From Gemmata obscuriglobus (lineage in GTDB: Bacteria; Planctomycetota; Planctomycetia; Gemmatales; Gemmataceae), in contig NZ_CP042911.1 in NCBI RefSeq assembly GCF_008065095.1, positions 1,500,001-1,532,000 on the forward strand: 32,000 bases of DNA, written 5' to 3'. The notes under the pieces were generated by a model, which had not been told where the DNA came from, made no database searches, and saw nothing but the letters and a program-made list of their open reading frames with translations. The first letter of the stretch is position 1; the number at the start of each line of letters is the position of its first letter. Shown here piece by piece: positions 18,957 through 27,796 of the stretch. The position numbers were made by a program, and so were the translations under genes.

Positions 18957-19246
18957 CGAAGTATTGGTCTTCGACAGAAAGCCGGCGAAATGATATGGAA
19001 GGGTGGGTGTCGTTGTCGCTGACGGCAGTCGCAGCACTTGCATGGGACCGCGGCCTGCGGTTCCGGGTGGAGAGCGACTACCTCCCGTGGTCGTGGGTGA
19101 CCGGTGAGCTGTTCCAGGCGCCCGCCGCATCGTAACCGCATCCCTTCCGGCTGGATGATAACGAAGCTGTCGCCTACGGAATCTCAGGTTGCGAGCGTAA
19201 TCGGAGGTTCCGTAGACGTTGACACCAGGGAGCCGCTGAACGCGGT

Positions 19247-19423
19247 TCAGGTTGCCGCTTTAACCAGCGCCAAGATGCCGGCCTTAATTGCCTCGGGCAG
19301 CTTCGGCCAATTGGCGACGAGTGTGGCAAGTTCGGGGTCCATCGCCTCGTGCGCCGCTTTCTGCGCCGCCTCGCTTGTGAATTGCTGGTTTTCCGGCAGT
19401 TTCTGCGAAGGTTCGATTCCCAT
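19247..19423 (-). CDS. Small hypothetical ORF (58 aa)
   Basis: MGIEPSQKLPENQQFTSEAAQKAAHEAMDPELATLVANWPKLPEAIKAGILALVKAAT. GGGAG lies just upstream, an in-frame stop sits 5 codons before the ATG, and third-position GC is moderately high. The ORF is below the ORF-track size cutoff and I assign no function. Confidence 0.25.
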   Translation of the reverse strand: MGIEPSQKLPENQQFTSEAAQKAAHEAMDPELATLVANWPKLPEAIKAGILALVKAAT

Positions 19424-20163
19424 CCGCTCCCGCTGAAATCATGTCGCGTCCCCTGGTTCGCGTTCGAGCGCGGGGAAGGGCGGGGGGCCGGCTCCGTTCG
19501 GCACACCCCGCACATTCCGATCGCATTCCCCTCAAAACGCACATCCGGCAGTTTTCCCGGCCCGCGTGGGGCCGTCGGTCCCGGTTCGCGTCCCACAGCA
19601 GCAACCCACGCCCTGACACATCTCCGCCACAACTAGCGACCTGTTCACACGTTGCGACGCTTTCACTAATCGAAGCCGACAACCCTTCTGCGTTCACCGG
19701 GAGCGTTCTCCGGGTTTTGCGGGCACGATTCGGTGGTAGCGGCGACCAGCGAGCGGGTAGCGAATCGGCAGTCCGAAGCCCCGCAGATGTCCAGTCGTGG
19801 CCCCATCGCGTCTTTCTCGTGCCTTGTAACCCCCGTTACAGCTCTGCTCACGAGACGCGCCCGAATGGGGCGGTCGCGGTGCCCGCGCGGACCGTCCCCC
19901 TATTCACCTGATGGCACCGCGCGCGACCCGACGGCGGAAGAGTGTCGGTAGTGGGGAAGGGCGGTCTGGAGTGTGGCCCGCTCAGACCGAATCCAGTCGT
20001 TTCCCGTTCGGGCCGGTTCGGTCTGAAACTCATTGCAACCCGCACCCCCGCTCCGCGGGCGGCCCGGCGATTCGACCCCGCGGCTGTTCGGCGGTTGCGG
20101 CCCCGGGTAGACTCCACAGCACAACCAGCACGGCTCGTGCGCGCAGCTCCGAGGGTTCCGCCA

Positions 20164-21729
20164 GTGGCTCTGAAGAAGTCCGAACTGTACTCCTCGCTCT
20201 GGTCGAGCTGCGACGCGCTCCGCGGCGGCATGGACGCCAGCCAGTACAAGGACTACGTCCTGTTCATGCTGTTCATCAAGTATGTGAGCGACAAATACGC
20301 CGACAACCCGTTCCCGCCGATCAAGATCCCCGAAGGCGCCCGGTTCAAGGACATGGTCGCGCTCAAGGGCAAGCCCGACATCGGCGACCAGATCAACAAG
20401 AACGTGCTCGGCCCGATCGGCAAAGAGAACGGCATCGACTTCGGCGACCTGGACTTTAACGACGCCGCGAAGCTCGGCAGCGGCAAGGAGATGGTGGACC
20501 GGCTCACCACCCTCGTCGCCATCTTCGAGGACAAGCGGCTCGACTTCTCCAAGAACCGCGCCGACGGCGATGACATCCTCGGCGACGCCTACGAATACCT
20601 GATGCGGCACTTCGCCACCGAGAGCGGCAAGAGCAAGGGGCAGTTCTACACCCCGGCCGAGGTCAGCCGGATCATCGCGCAGGTGCTCGGCATCCGGGAC
20701 GCGAAAACAAGCGCGAATACGACCGTCTACGACCCGACGTGCGGGTCCGGCTCGCTGCTGCTGAAGGTGGCCGACGAGGCCCGAACGAAGCCCACGCTGT
20801 ACGGGCAGGAGAAGGACGCCGCCACCAGCGGCCTCGCCCGCATGAACATGATCCTGCACGACAACGCCGGCGCCCTCATCGTGCAGGGGAACACCCTCAC
20901 CGACCCCAAATTCAAGGACGGCGACGCGCTCAAGACCTTTGATTACGTCGTCGCCAACCCGCCGTTCTCCGACAAGCGGTGGAGCACCGGGCTCGACCCG
21001 CTCAAGGACACCTACGAGCGGTTCCAGCACTTCGGCGCCCCGCCGGCCAAACAGGGCGATTACGCGTACCTGCTCCACATCGTCCGCTCGCTCAAGAGCA
21101 CCGGCCGGGGCGCGTGCATCCTCCCCCACGGCGTGCTGTTCCGCGGCAACGCCGAAGCCGAGATCCGCAAGAAGCTCGTCGCCAAGCGGTACATTAAGGG
21201 CATCATCGGGCTGCCCGCGAACCTGTTCTACGGCACCGGCATCCCGGCCTGCATCATCGTCATCGACAAGCAGGACGCCGCCGCCCGCGCCGGCGTCTTC
21301 ATGATCGACGCCAGCGCCGGGTTCATGAAGGACGGCCCCAAGAACCGGCTCCGCGCCCGCGACATTCACAAGATCGTGGACGCCTTCACCCAGGGGCGGA
21401 CGATCCCGAAGTTCTCCCGGCTGGTGCCGTTCGAGGAGATCGAGAAGAACGATTTCAACCTGAACCTGCCGCGGTACATCGACAGCCAGGAGGCCGAAGA
21501 CCTTCAGAACATTGAGGGGCACCTGAAGGGCGGCGTCCCCGAGGCCGACGTCGCCGCGCTCCAGCGCTATTGGGACGTGTGCCCGAACCTGCGCAACGCG
21601 CTCTTCAAACCGAACCGGCCCGGGTTCGTCGATCTCGCGGTCGATAAGTCGGAATCCATCAGCTGTGCAGAAATGGAACTCTCCGCGTCTTGTGCTGCTT
21701 TATCGCGAAGTGCGGCTAGCGCGTATTAA
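20164..21729 (+). CDS. hsdM: Type I R-M methyltransferase subunit HsdM, with the 3' end replaced by foreign low-GC sequence (probably non-native C-terminus)
   Basis: GTG 20164 has GAGGG 8 nt upstream. Sequence reads ALKKSELYSSLWSSCDALRGGMDASQYKDYVLFMLFIKYVSDKY; motif I DPTCGSGSLLL; motif IV NPPFSDKRW; LPHGVLFRGNAEAEIRKKL; NDFNLNLPRYI. HsdM-like text stops near 21650 (…LAVDKSE), where GC falls, and the last ~26 codons (SISCAEMELSASCAALSRSAASAY) look unrelated. Confidence 0.85.
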   Translation: MALKKSELYSSLWSSCDALRGGMDASQYKDYVLFMLFIKYVSDKYADNPFPPIKIPEGARFKDMVALKGKPDIGDQINKNVLGPIGKENGIDFGDLDFNDAAKLGSGKEMVDRLTTLVAIFEDKRLDFSKNRADGDDILGDAYEYLMRHFATESGKSKGQFYTPAEVSRIIAQVLGIRDAKTSANTTVYDPTCGSGSLLLKVADEARTKPTLYGQEKDAATSGLARMNMILHDNAGALIVQGNTLTDPKFKDGDALKTFDYVVANPPFSDKRWSTGLDPLKDTYERFQHFGAPPAKQGDYAYLLHIVRSLKSTGRGACILPHGVLFRGNAEAEIRKKLVAKRYIKGIIGLPANLFYGTGIPACIIVIDKQDAAARAGVFMIDASAGFMKDGPKNRLRARDIHKIVDAFTQGRTIPKFSRLVPFEEIEKNDFNLNLPRYIDSQEAEDLQNIEGHLKGGVPEADVAALQRYWDVCPNLRNALFKPNRPGFVDLAVDKSESISCAEMELSASCAALSRSAASAY

Positions 21730-21730
21730 T

Positions 21731-21756
21731 CTGCAAGAGGCCTTAGCCTCTTGCAG
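21731..21756. terminator. Perfect 11-bp stem / 4-nt loop hairpin between convergent ORFs
   Basis: CTGCAAGAGGC-CTTA-GCCTCTTGCAG lies immediately after the hsdM-tail stop (21727-21729) and downstream of the minus-strand DUF262 gene. It is followed by only a short T run (GCTTTG), so this is a weak intrinsic terminator call. Confidence 0.4.
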
Positions 21757-21872
21757 GCTTTGAAACGATCGCCAGTGTAAGTGGTAGTTGCTGCCTCGGG
21801 GAAAATCATGGAAAATAAGGGATTTAATGTACTTTGGCACGCCATGAGAGACAGAGTTGTCGCTCCTCAGAA

Positions 21873-23480
21873 TTAAATCAATCGCTCGATGGATCGTGTA
21901 ATATGCTCAGATCGAGCCTTCAGGAAACCTGCAAAGTCGTCCGATTTGAGAAACGGAATAGCTGCTTCCGGGATCAGATTGCTCTCCATAACATTGAGGA
22001 ACTCTGCCCCGAGATCGGCCTCCATCTGCGCGACGTAATCGCTTGGCCTGCGATCGGAGATAACCTTATTGTGTTCCGCGCTCAACATGCAGATGTTAGC
22101 GAGTGAGTTCGTCAGCTCGGAAGAAATGCCGAGGTTTTTTAGGAACGCTTGCGGGAAGATGTGGTGAAACTCTTTCCGATTGTACGCTGACAGTGCTCGT
22201 GCCGTGTCGATGGCGGTACCATTCGTCAGGTTCCGCGGGTGCGCCGAGGCGAGGAGCGCGACGTAACCGTTTGCGATTGCTGCTCCCTTTCGGAATTCGG
22301 TCTTCTGAATAGCCGCCGCGGACGGTGCGTTCCCAAAGCCAGTCAGTAGTGCAATGTCTTCAAATGAGTCGATAACGGTTTTTAAATCGTCATCGAACAA
22401 ACCCTCGCCTCCGCGGCGATATCGCTCGGCGAATGACGTTCGCCAGAACCACTTCCGGAGCACGTCGCGAGCAGCGACGGACAGGCGTGGGCGTTTGCAG
22501 AATACATGAGACATGACGACTAGTTGCCGTTCGTAGGGTAGAAATCCTACCGAACGTACGTGAAGCTCATTCGTGAGAAAGTCGACCGCTCGTTTCATTG
22601 CCTCCCGCACTTCGGTCATGTTCGCTTGCAATTCTCTATCGGTCTTGCTTCGAAGTTTAAGAATCGTGTCGCGTTTTGCGCTCCCAGAGATATGGGCCGA
22701 TAATACTTGGAGCATTGCCACCGGGGAAACGTCTCCGTAATCTTTGATAGCAAGGTCTTGAATGCACCCATCAAACTCACTACGCAGGTTGAAATTAGCG
22801 CTCCAAGTTGCGGCGATCATTAGGTCGAACACTGTGAGCTTCGTGCCGGTGCTGTTGATCCGCTCGAAGATTAGGGCTACCTGTTCGACGGTCGGTTCCG
22901 TGACAGTTACAATTGGGATCGAGTACTCACGGAATGTTTCCAAGAGAACGTCTGCTTTTCCCATCAGATCATCGGCATCATGTCTTTGCAGTAAGGATAG
23001 TTGGAAGTTTCGGAACTTTTTTGTGTCAAACAGAATATTCATTCGCAGGTGCGTCGGAAGCGGCGATTCTGGTGTTGGGATGAATGCCTTGTCAGGCGTC
23101 GCGTGGCACAGGTCGAAGCAGATGTCGAACACACTGTCGTCGTCTGGGTCACCTTGCCACATCAGAACTCCGTAGATGGTCGTGATCCGTTGTTGACCAT
23201 CGAGTACATAGTTCTGCGGGTATTGATCCTTTGTGTCAGGCAGCTTGAATCCCCCAATGTCGCGGGCCGCGCTGAGCCGCTCTTTGGTCAGCCAGAATAG
23301 CAGGCTGCCGATGGGGTAGCCACGGTACACGCTTTCCAGCAGTTCGATCACCTGACGCTGGTTCCATACGTACTGACGCTGGAAAACGGGGATCTTGATG
23401 TCGCCGTCTTCGAGCCGGGTTATCAGCCGGGAGATCCGTTCCGGTTTGGCGTCCGGCGGATTCTTGATGTGGATGGGCAC
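21873..23480 (-). CDS. DUF262 + DUF1524 protein (GmrSD / BrxU / SspE-like, candidate type IV modification-dependent nuclease), 535 aa
   Basis: N-terminal IPVFQRQYVWNQRQVIELLESVYRGYPIGSLLFW and VLDGQQRITTIYGV (the DGQQR motif of DUF262). C-terminal FHHIFPQAFL...NSLANICMLSAEHNKVISDRRPSDY (His-Me finger-like, DUF1524). It starts at a GTG. Its GC content is visibly much lower than the flanks. Confidence 0.85.
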   Translation of the reverse strand: MPIHIKNPPDAKPERISRLITRLEDGDIKIPVFQRQYVWNQRQVIELLESVYRGYPIGSLLFWLTKERLSAARDIGGFKLPDTKDQYPQNYVLDGQQRITTIYGVLMWQGDPDDDSVFDICFDLCHATPDKAFIPTPESPLPTHLRMNILFDTKKFRNFQLSLLQRHDADDLMGKADVLLETFREYSIPIVTVTEPTVEQVALIFERINSTGTKLTVFDLMIAATWSANFNLRSEFDGCIQDLAIKDYGDVSPVAMLQVLSAHISGSAKRDTILKLRSKTDRELQANMTEVREAMKRAVDFLTNELHVRSVGFLPYERQLVVMSHVFCKRPRLSVAARDVLRKWFWRTSFAERYRRGGEGLFDDDLKTVIDSFEDIALLTGFGNAPSAAAIQKTEFRKGAAIANGYVALLASAHPRNLTNGTAIDTARALSAYNRKEFHHIFPQAFLKNLGISSELTNSLANICMLSAEHNKVISDRRPSDYVAQMEADLGAEFLNVMESNLIPEAAIPFLKSDDFAGFLKARSEHITRSIERLI

Positions 23481-23586
23481 GTTATTTCCCGAAAGGGTAC
23501 GGTTTTGATGGTGCTATGATCCAGCGCGGGAGTCGCGGCGCCAAGGTTGGAGTGGAGAAGAAGGACTCTGAAAGCTCTGAATCCTG

Positions 23587-26034
23587 GTGACGGTGACGCG
23601 CTTGGTCCGGTGGCAAGAATTGCTCGGACCGTTTGGTCGGCTGACCGAGCTGATGCGCGACTTCGTGCTGTTCGACGGCGGGGTGAAGAAGGTGCCGCGG
23701 GTCCACCAGTACTTCGGCATCAAGGAGGCGCAGGCGCGCGTGCGCCAGAAGCAGGGCGGCATCATCTGGCACACGCAGGGGAGCGGGAAGAGCATCGTGA
23801 TGGTGCTCCTCGCCAAGTGGATTCTGGAAGCCAACTCGAACGCCCGGGTCGCGATCGTCACCGACCGCGACGAACTGGACAAGCAGATCGAGGGCGTTTT
23901 CACGGACGCCGGGGAGACGATCCACCGCACCGGCAGCGGGCGCGAGCTGCTGCGGCAACTCGGGCAGGCGACCCCGCGGCTCCTGTGCTCGCTGGTCCAC
24001 AAGTTCGGCAAGAAGGGGGAGAAGGGAAAGCGGCTGAGCGACGCCCAATTTAAGCAGTTCATTACCGAGCTGGGAAACCAGCCGTGCCAGACCGTCGGCG
24101 TGCTGTTCGTCTTCGTCGACGAATGCCACCGCACGGAAAGCGGTCGGCTCAACGAGGTCATGAAAGCCGTCATGAGGGACGCGGTTTTCATCGGCTTCAC
24201 GGGCACGCCGTTGCTCAAAGAGGATCAGAAAAAGAGCGTCGAGGTCTTCGGCAGCTACATCCACACGTACAAGTTCAGCGAGGCGGTCGAGGACGACGTG
24301 GTGCTGGACCTCGTGTACGAGGCCCGCGACATCGACCAGGCCCTCGGCTCGCAAGAGCGGATCGACGCGTGGTTCGACGCCAAGACGAAGGGGCTCAACG
24401 ACTGGCAGAGGGACGAGCTGAAGAACAAGTGGGGCACGATGCAAAGCGTGCTCAGCTCCAAGGGGCGCATGGGCCGCGTGGTCGACGACATCGTGTTCGA
24501 CTTCAGCGTGAAGCCCCGGCTCTCCAGCGAGCGCGGCAACGCGATCCTGGTGGCGTCGAGCATCTACGAGGCGTGCAAGTACTTCACGCTGTTCCGGGAG
24601 ACGCCGCTGCGGGGCAAGTGCGCGGTGGTCACGTCGTACAACCCGCAGACGCAGGACGTGACGCTGGAAGAGACCGGCGCGAACACCCGGACCGACAAGC
24701 AGTTCATTTACGACACCTACACGGAACTGCTCAAGGACGTCGTCGCCGAGCCCGGTATGAGCAAGACCGAGACCTACGAGGAGGTCGCCAAACAGCGGTT
24801 CATGGAGGAGCCGGCGCAGATGAAGCTCCTGATCGTGGTGGACAAGCTGCTCACCGGGTTCGACGCGCCGTCCTGCACGTACCTGTACATCGACAAGTCG
24901 ATGCGGGACCACGGGCTGTTTCAGGCGATCTGCCGGACCAACCGCCTCGACGGCGAGGACAAGGATTTCGGCTACATCGTGGACTACAAAGACCTGTTCA
25001 AGCGGCTCATCAACGAGAAGGGGACGGGCGCGCTCCAGGTGTACAGTTCCGAACTCGACAACAGCGCCGGCGGGACCGACCCGAAGGTGCTGATGCAGGA
25101 CCGGCTGAAGAAGGGGAAGGAGCGCCTGGACACCGCCGCCGAGATGCTGGCGCTGCTGTGCGAGCCGGTGGCGCTGCCGAAGGGCGAGCTGGAGCACATT
25201 CACTACTTCTGCGGCAACACCGAGGTGCCCACCGATCTGAAGGCCCGCGAGCCGCAGCGGGTCATGCTCTACAAGGCGACCGCCGGGTTCGTTCGCGCCT
25301 ACGCCAACATCGCGGACGAACTGGCCCCGGCCGGCTACAGCGACGCGGACGTGTCCCGGCTCAAGGGGCACCTCGACCACTACCTGAAGGTCCGCGAGGT
25401 GGTCCGGAAGGCGAGCGGGGAGTTCCTCGACCTGAAGCCGTTCGAGGCCGACATGCGGCACCTCATCGACAAGTACATTGAGGCGTCCGGGCCGCGCAAG
25501 ATTTCGCCGTTCGACGGCGTGGGGTTGCTGGACCTGATCGCGACGACCGGCGCGGCGGACGCGATCGACGCGCAGCTCGGCGACATCAAGGGGAACGGCG
25601 AGGCGGTGGCCGAAACGATCGAGAACAACGTCCGCCGCAAGATCATCAAGGAGGAACTGACGGACCCGGCGTACTACGCGAAGATGTCGGCGCTGCTGGA
25701 CGAGATCATCGCGGCGCGCAAGGCCAAGGCGATCGAGTACGAGGAGTATTTGAAGCAGATCGCGGAGCTGGCGAAGCTGGTGCGGGCGGGCCACGGCGCC
25801 GAGACCCCGGCGGCGCTGGACACGCCGGGCAAGCGGGCGCTGTTCAGCAACCTGGGCCAGAACGAGACCCTGGCGCTGCAACTCGACGGCGCGGTACGGG
25901 CGGCCCGGCAGGACGCCTGGCGCGGCGTTCAGGCCCGCGAGCAGGCGGTGAAGGCGGCGCTGTACGGCGTGCTGAAGGACGTGGCCGAGGTGGAGCGGGT
26001 GTTCCTCATCATCAAGGCGCAGGCGGAGTACTGA
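23587..26034 (+). CDS. hsdR: Type I restriction enzyme HsdR, motor/helicase and C-terminal parts only (N-terminal endonuclease domain absent)
   Basis: Motif I HTQGSGKS sits at residue ~65, then VFVDECHRTESG (DEAH-type motif II), GFTGTPL, LTGFDAP, QAICRTNR and a DUF3387-like tail. An in-frame TGA at 23578-23580 limits upstream extension. Full-length HsdR normally has ~200+ aa of PD-(D/E)xK domain before motif I. Confidence 0.85.
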   Translation: MTVTRLVRWQELLGPFGRLTELMRDFVLFDGGVKKVPRVHQYFGIKEAQARVRQKQGGIIWHTQGSGKSIVMVLLAKWILEANSNARVAIVTDRDELDKQIEGVFTDAGETIHRTGSGRELLRQLGQATPRLLCSLVHKFGKKGEKGKRLSDAQFKQFITELGNQPCQTVGVLFVFVDECHRTESGRLNEVMKAVMRDAVFIGFTGTPLLKEDQKKSVEVFGSYIHTYKFSEAVEDDVVLDLVYEARDIDQALGSQERIDAWFDAKTKGLNDWQRDELKNKWGTMQSVLSSKGRMGRVVDDIVFDFSVKPRLSSERGNAILVASSIYEACKYFTLFRETPLRGKCAVVTSYNPQTQDVTLEETGANTRTDKQFIYDTYTELLKDVVAEPGMSKTETYEEVAKQRFMEEPAQMKLLIVVDKLLTGFDAPSCTYLYIDKSMRDHGLFQAICRTNRLDGEDKDFGYIVDYKDLFKRLINEKGTGALQVYSSELDNSAGGTDPKVLMQDRLKKGKERLDTAAEMLALLCEPVALPKGELEHIHYFCGNTEVPTDLKAREPQRVMLYKATAGFVRAYANIADELAPAGYSDADVSRLKGHLDHYLKVREVVRKASGEFLDLKPFEADMRHLIDKYIEASGPRKISPFDGVGLLDLIATTGAADAIDAQLGDIKGNGEAVAETIENNVRRKIIKEELTDPAYYAKMSALLDEIIAARKAKAIEYEEYLKQIAELAKLVRAGHGAETPAALDTPGKRALFSNLGQNETLALQLDGAVRAARQDAWRGVQAREQAVKAALYGVLKDVAEVERVFLIIKAQAEY

Positions 26035-26750
26035 TGGGCACGCAGATCCAGCTCGGCGCCTGCACCGCCGACGTGTCGTTCAAGAGCATCAAGAACGTCC
26101 ACCTGAGCGTCCACCCGCCGGCCGGGCGGGTGAGCATTTCCGCGCCCGCCCGCATGAGCCTGGACACCGTCCGCGTCTTCGCCCTTTCCAAGCTGCCGTG
26201 GATCAAGCAGCAACAGAACCGGCTGCGCGCGCAAGAGCGCGAGCCCCCGCGCGAGTACATCGACCGCGAGAGCCATTACGTCTGGGGCCGGCGGTACCTG
26301 ATGGAGGTGAGCGAACACGAGCAGCCGCCGGTCGTCGCTTTGCGGCACAAAAAGTTGGTGCTTCAGGTGCGCCCGGGAACGGACGAAGCCCGGCGCCGCG
26401 AACTGCTGGACGGCTGGTACCGGGAGCGGGTGCGGGCCGCGGCGTCGGAACTGATCGCCCGGTGGGAGCCGGTGCTAGGGGTGAAGGTGGGGCGGGTGTT
26501 CGTGCAGCGGATGAAGACCCGGTGGGGCAGTTGCAGCCCCGCGCGGGGCAACATCCGGCTGAACACCGAACTCGCGAAGAAGCCGCGGCCGTGCCTGGAG
26601 TACATCATCGTTCACGAGATGGTTCACCTGCTGGAGCCGACCCACAACGCCCGGTTCGTGGCGCTGATGGACCGGTTCATGCCGCACTGGCAGGCCCGCC
26701 GCGAGGCGCTCAACCGCCTGCCCGTGCGGCACGAGACCTGGAGCCATTAA
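26034..26750 (+). CDS. YgjP-like metal-dependent hydrolase (DUF45 / M48-type HExxH peptidase)
   Basis: RWGSCSPARGNIRLNTELAKKPRPCLEYIIVHEMVHLLEPTHNARF contains HEMVH. The ATG overlaps the hsdR stop (cTGATGg at 26031-26036). This is a common passenger downstream of hsdR. Confidence 0.85.
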   Translation: MGTQIQLGACTADVSFKSIKNVHLSVHPPAGRVSISAPARMSLDTVRVFALSKLPWIKQQQNRLRAQEREPPREYIDRESHYVWGRRYLMEVSEHEQPPVVALRHKKLVLQVRPGTDEARRRELLDGWYRERVRAAASELIARWEPVLGVKVGRVFVQRMKTRWGSCSPARGNIRLNTELAKKPRPCLEYIIVHEMVHLLEPTHNARFVALMDRFMPHWQARREALNRLPVRHETWSH

Positions 26751-26770
26751 CCGCGGCCACGGTTTCGGGC

Positions 26771-27796
26771 GTGCCGCGCCGCCGGGAGGTTGAAGAGACC
26801 CGCCGGGCGGCGGGGTCGGCGCACGTCAGTGTCGGTCGGAGGGGCTGGTTGCTCCCGGCGCGGACACACTGGAACCGCTCCGGAGCCGCGGCCCTCGAAT
26901 TACTCCGCGGGCCGCTCGGGCTCGCGCCGGGAACGGGCGCCGTGGTGAACCTGCGCGACGGCTTCCCGTCCGGCCCGGGGCGCTCGGCCGCTCGGGCGGC
27001 GGCCACCCTTGCGGAGCTGCGGCGGGTCGTCGGCCGCGCCCCCGGCGCCCCGCACCTCATCGACGGGGCGGTTCTGGCCGGAACGGTGGGCGGCTGCACC
27101 GCCCACTTCGAGGCGGACATGCTCACGGCCCGCGAGCCCGACGTGCTGATCCGCGTGGCCGAAGTGAAGTCGTTCCCCAAGGTGGACGACCGCGTCGACC
27201 CCGAGCAGCTCGGGGCGGCGCTCGACCAGATCGCGGTGTACGTGCTGCTGGCGCGCGACGCGGTCGGTGCGGTCGGTGCCGATCCCGAGTTGGTGAGCGA
27301 CCGCGGGTTACTCATCACCCCGCACAACGTGGGGCTCACACCGACCCTTTCGGAGGCGTGCGTCGGCCCGCGGGTTGTCCGCATCCGGCGGGTGCTCGCC
27401 GCGCTTCCGGACGCGGATGAGGTGGTTGCGGCGACGCCGGCCGGGGTCTCGTTCGGCCCGATTGCGGACACGGGAGCGGAAGAAGCGAGTCGCCTCGACG
27501 CCCTGCACCAGATCGCCGATACGGTCGGGACCGCGTACGCGCCGAACTGCCTCACCACCTGCGGGAGCGCCCGCTTCTGCCGCGCCCGGGCCGTCGCCGC
27601 CGGCGCCCCGTGCGTCACCGGCCCCGCGGCGGTGCGCCTGCTGCCGGAGGTGCTCGACCTCGGGCGGGCCGAATCACTCACCCGCGGCGCCCCGCCGACG
27701 CCCCAGGAAGCGCCCGCCGCCGCGCTGCTCGCGAGCGCCGGCCGGCTGATCGACGAGGCCGTGCCCGCCCCGCTCCCGACCCGGAGGACCGCATGA
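26771..27796 (+). CDS. RecB/Cas4-like PD-(D/E)xK nuclease with a 4-Cys cluster
   Basis: In order: GGCTAHFEAD, EPDVLIRVAEVKSF (D...E-x-K), LDQIAVYVLL (QxxxY), then NCLTTCGSARFC (C-x3-C-x5-C). The start is uncertain. GTG 26771 is the first start after the upstream gene. TTG 26849 has a strong GGAGGGG upstream. The listed ATG at 26198 overlaps the peptidase gene by 550 nt and is rejected. Confidence 0.6.
   Translation: MPRRREVEETRRAAGSAHVSVGRRGWLLPARTHWNRSGAAALELLRGPLGLAPGTGAVVNLRDGFPSGPGRSAARAAATLAELRRVVGRAPGAPHLIDGAVLAGTVGGCTAHFEADMLTAREPDVLIRVAEVKSFPKVDDRVDPEQLGAALDQIAVYVLLARDAVGAVGADPELVSDRGLLITPHNVGLTPTLSEACVGPRVVRIRRVLAALPDADEVVAATPAGVSFGPIADTGAEEASRLDALHQIADTVGTAYAPNCLTTCGSARFCRARAVAAGAPCVTGPAAVRLLPEVLDLGRAESLTRGAPPTPQEAPAAALLASAGRLIDEAVPAPLPTRRTA

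Noticed and set aside
19410-19433. Possible tRNA gene (GGTTCGATTCC T-loop)
   Set aside because: No complementary T-stem 5' arm, acceptor 5' strand, anticodon arm or D arm can be built in the ~75 nt upstream. At best it is a 3'-end fragment, and it is reported only as a possible att remnant.
21651-23583. GAATCC present at both edges of the low-GC cassette (21652-21657 and 23578-23583) as a possible target duplication or microhomology. It also resembles the GAATCC inside the ISH3-like IRs.
   Set aside because: A 6-mer match within ~20-nt junction windows is easily explained by chance. The similarity to the IS repeat does not extend beyond ~10 nt.
23482-25881. 799-aa minus-strand ORF antisense to hsdR. 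Similar cases are 19900-21522 antisense to hsdM, 26710-27975 and 28027-29145 antisense to the operon, and 5622-6857 and 6098-7564 antisense to the sigma fusions.
   Set aside because: All are shadow ORFs opposite genes with clear motifs. Their compositions are dominated by R, P, G and A, and they have no recognisable domains.
26198-26770. Upstream extension of the nuclease ORF to the ATG at 26198
   Set aside because: It would overlap the YgjP-like peptidase gene by ~550 nt in another frame. The translated extension is low-complexity, and nuclease motifs only begin well after 26900.
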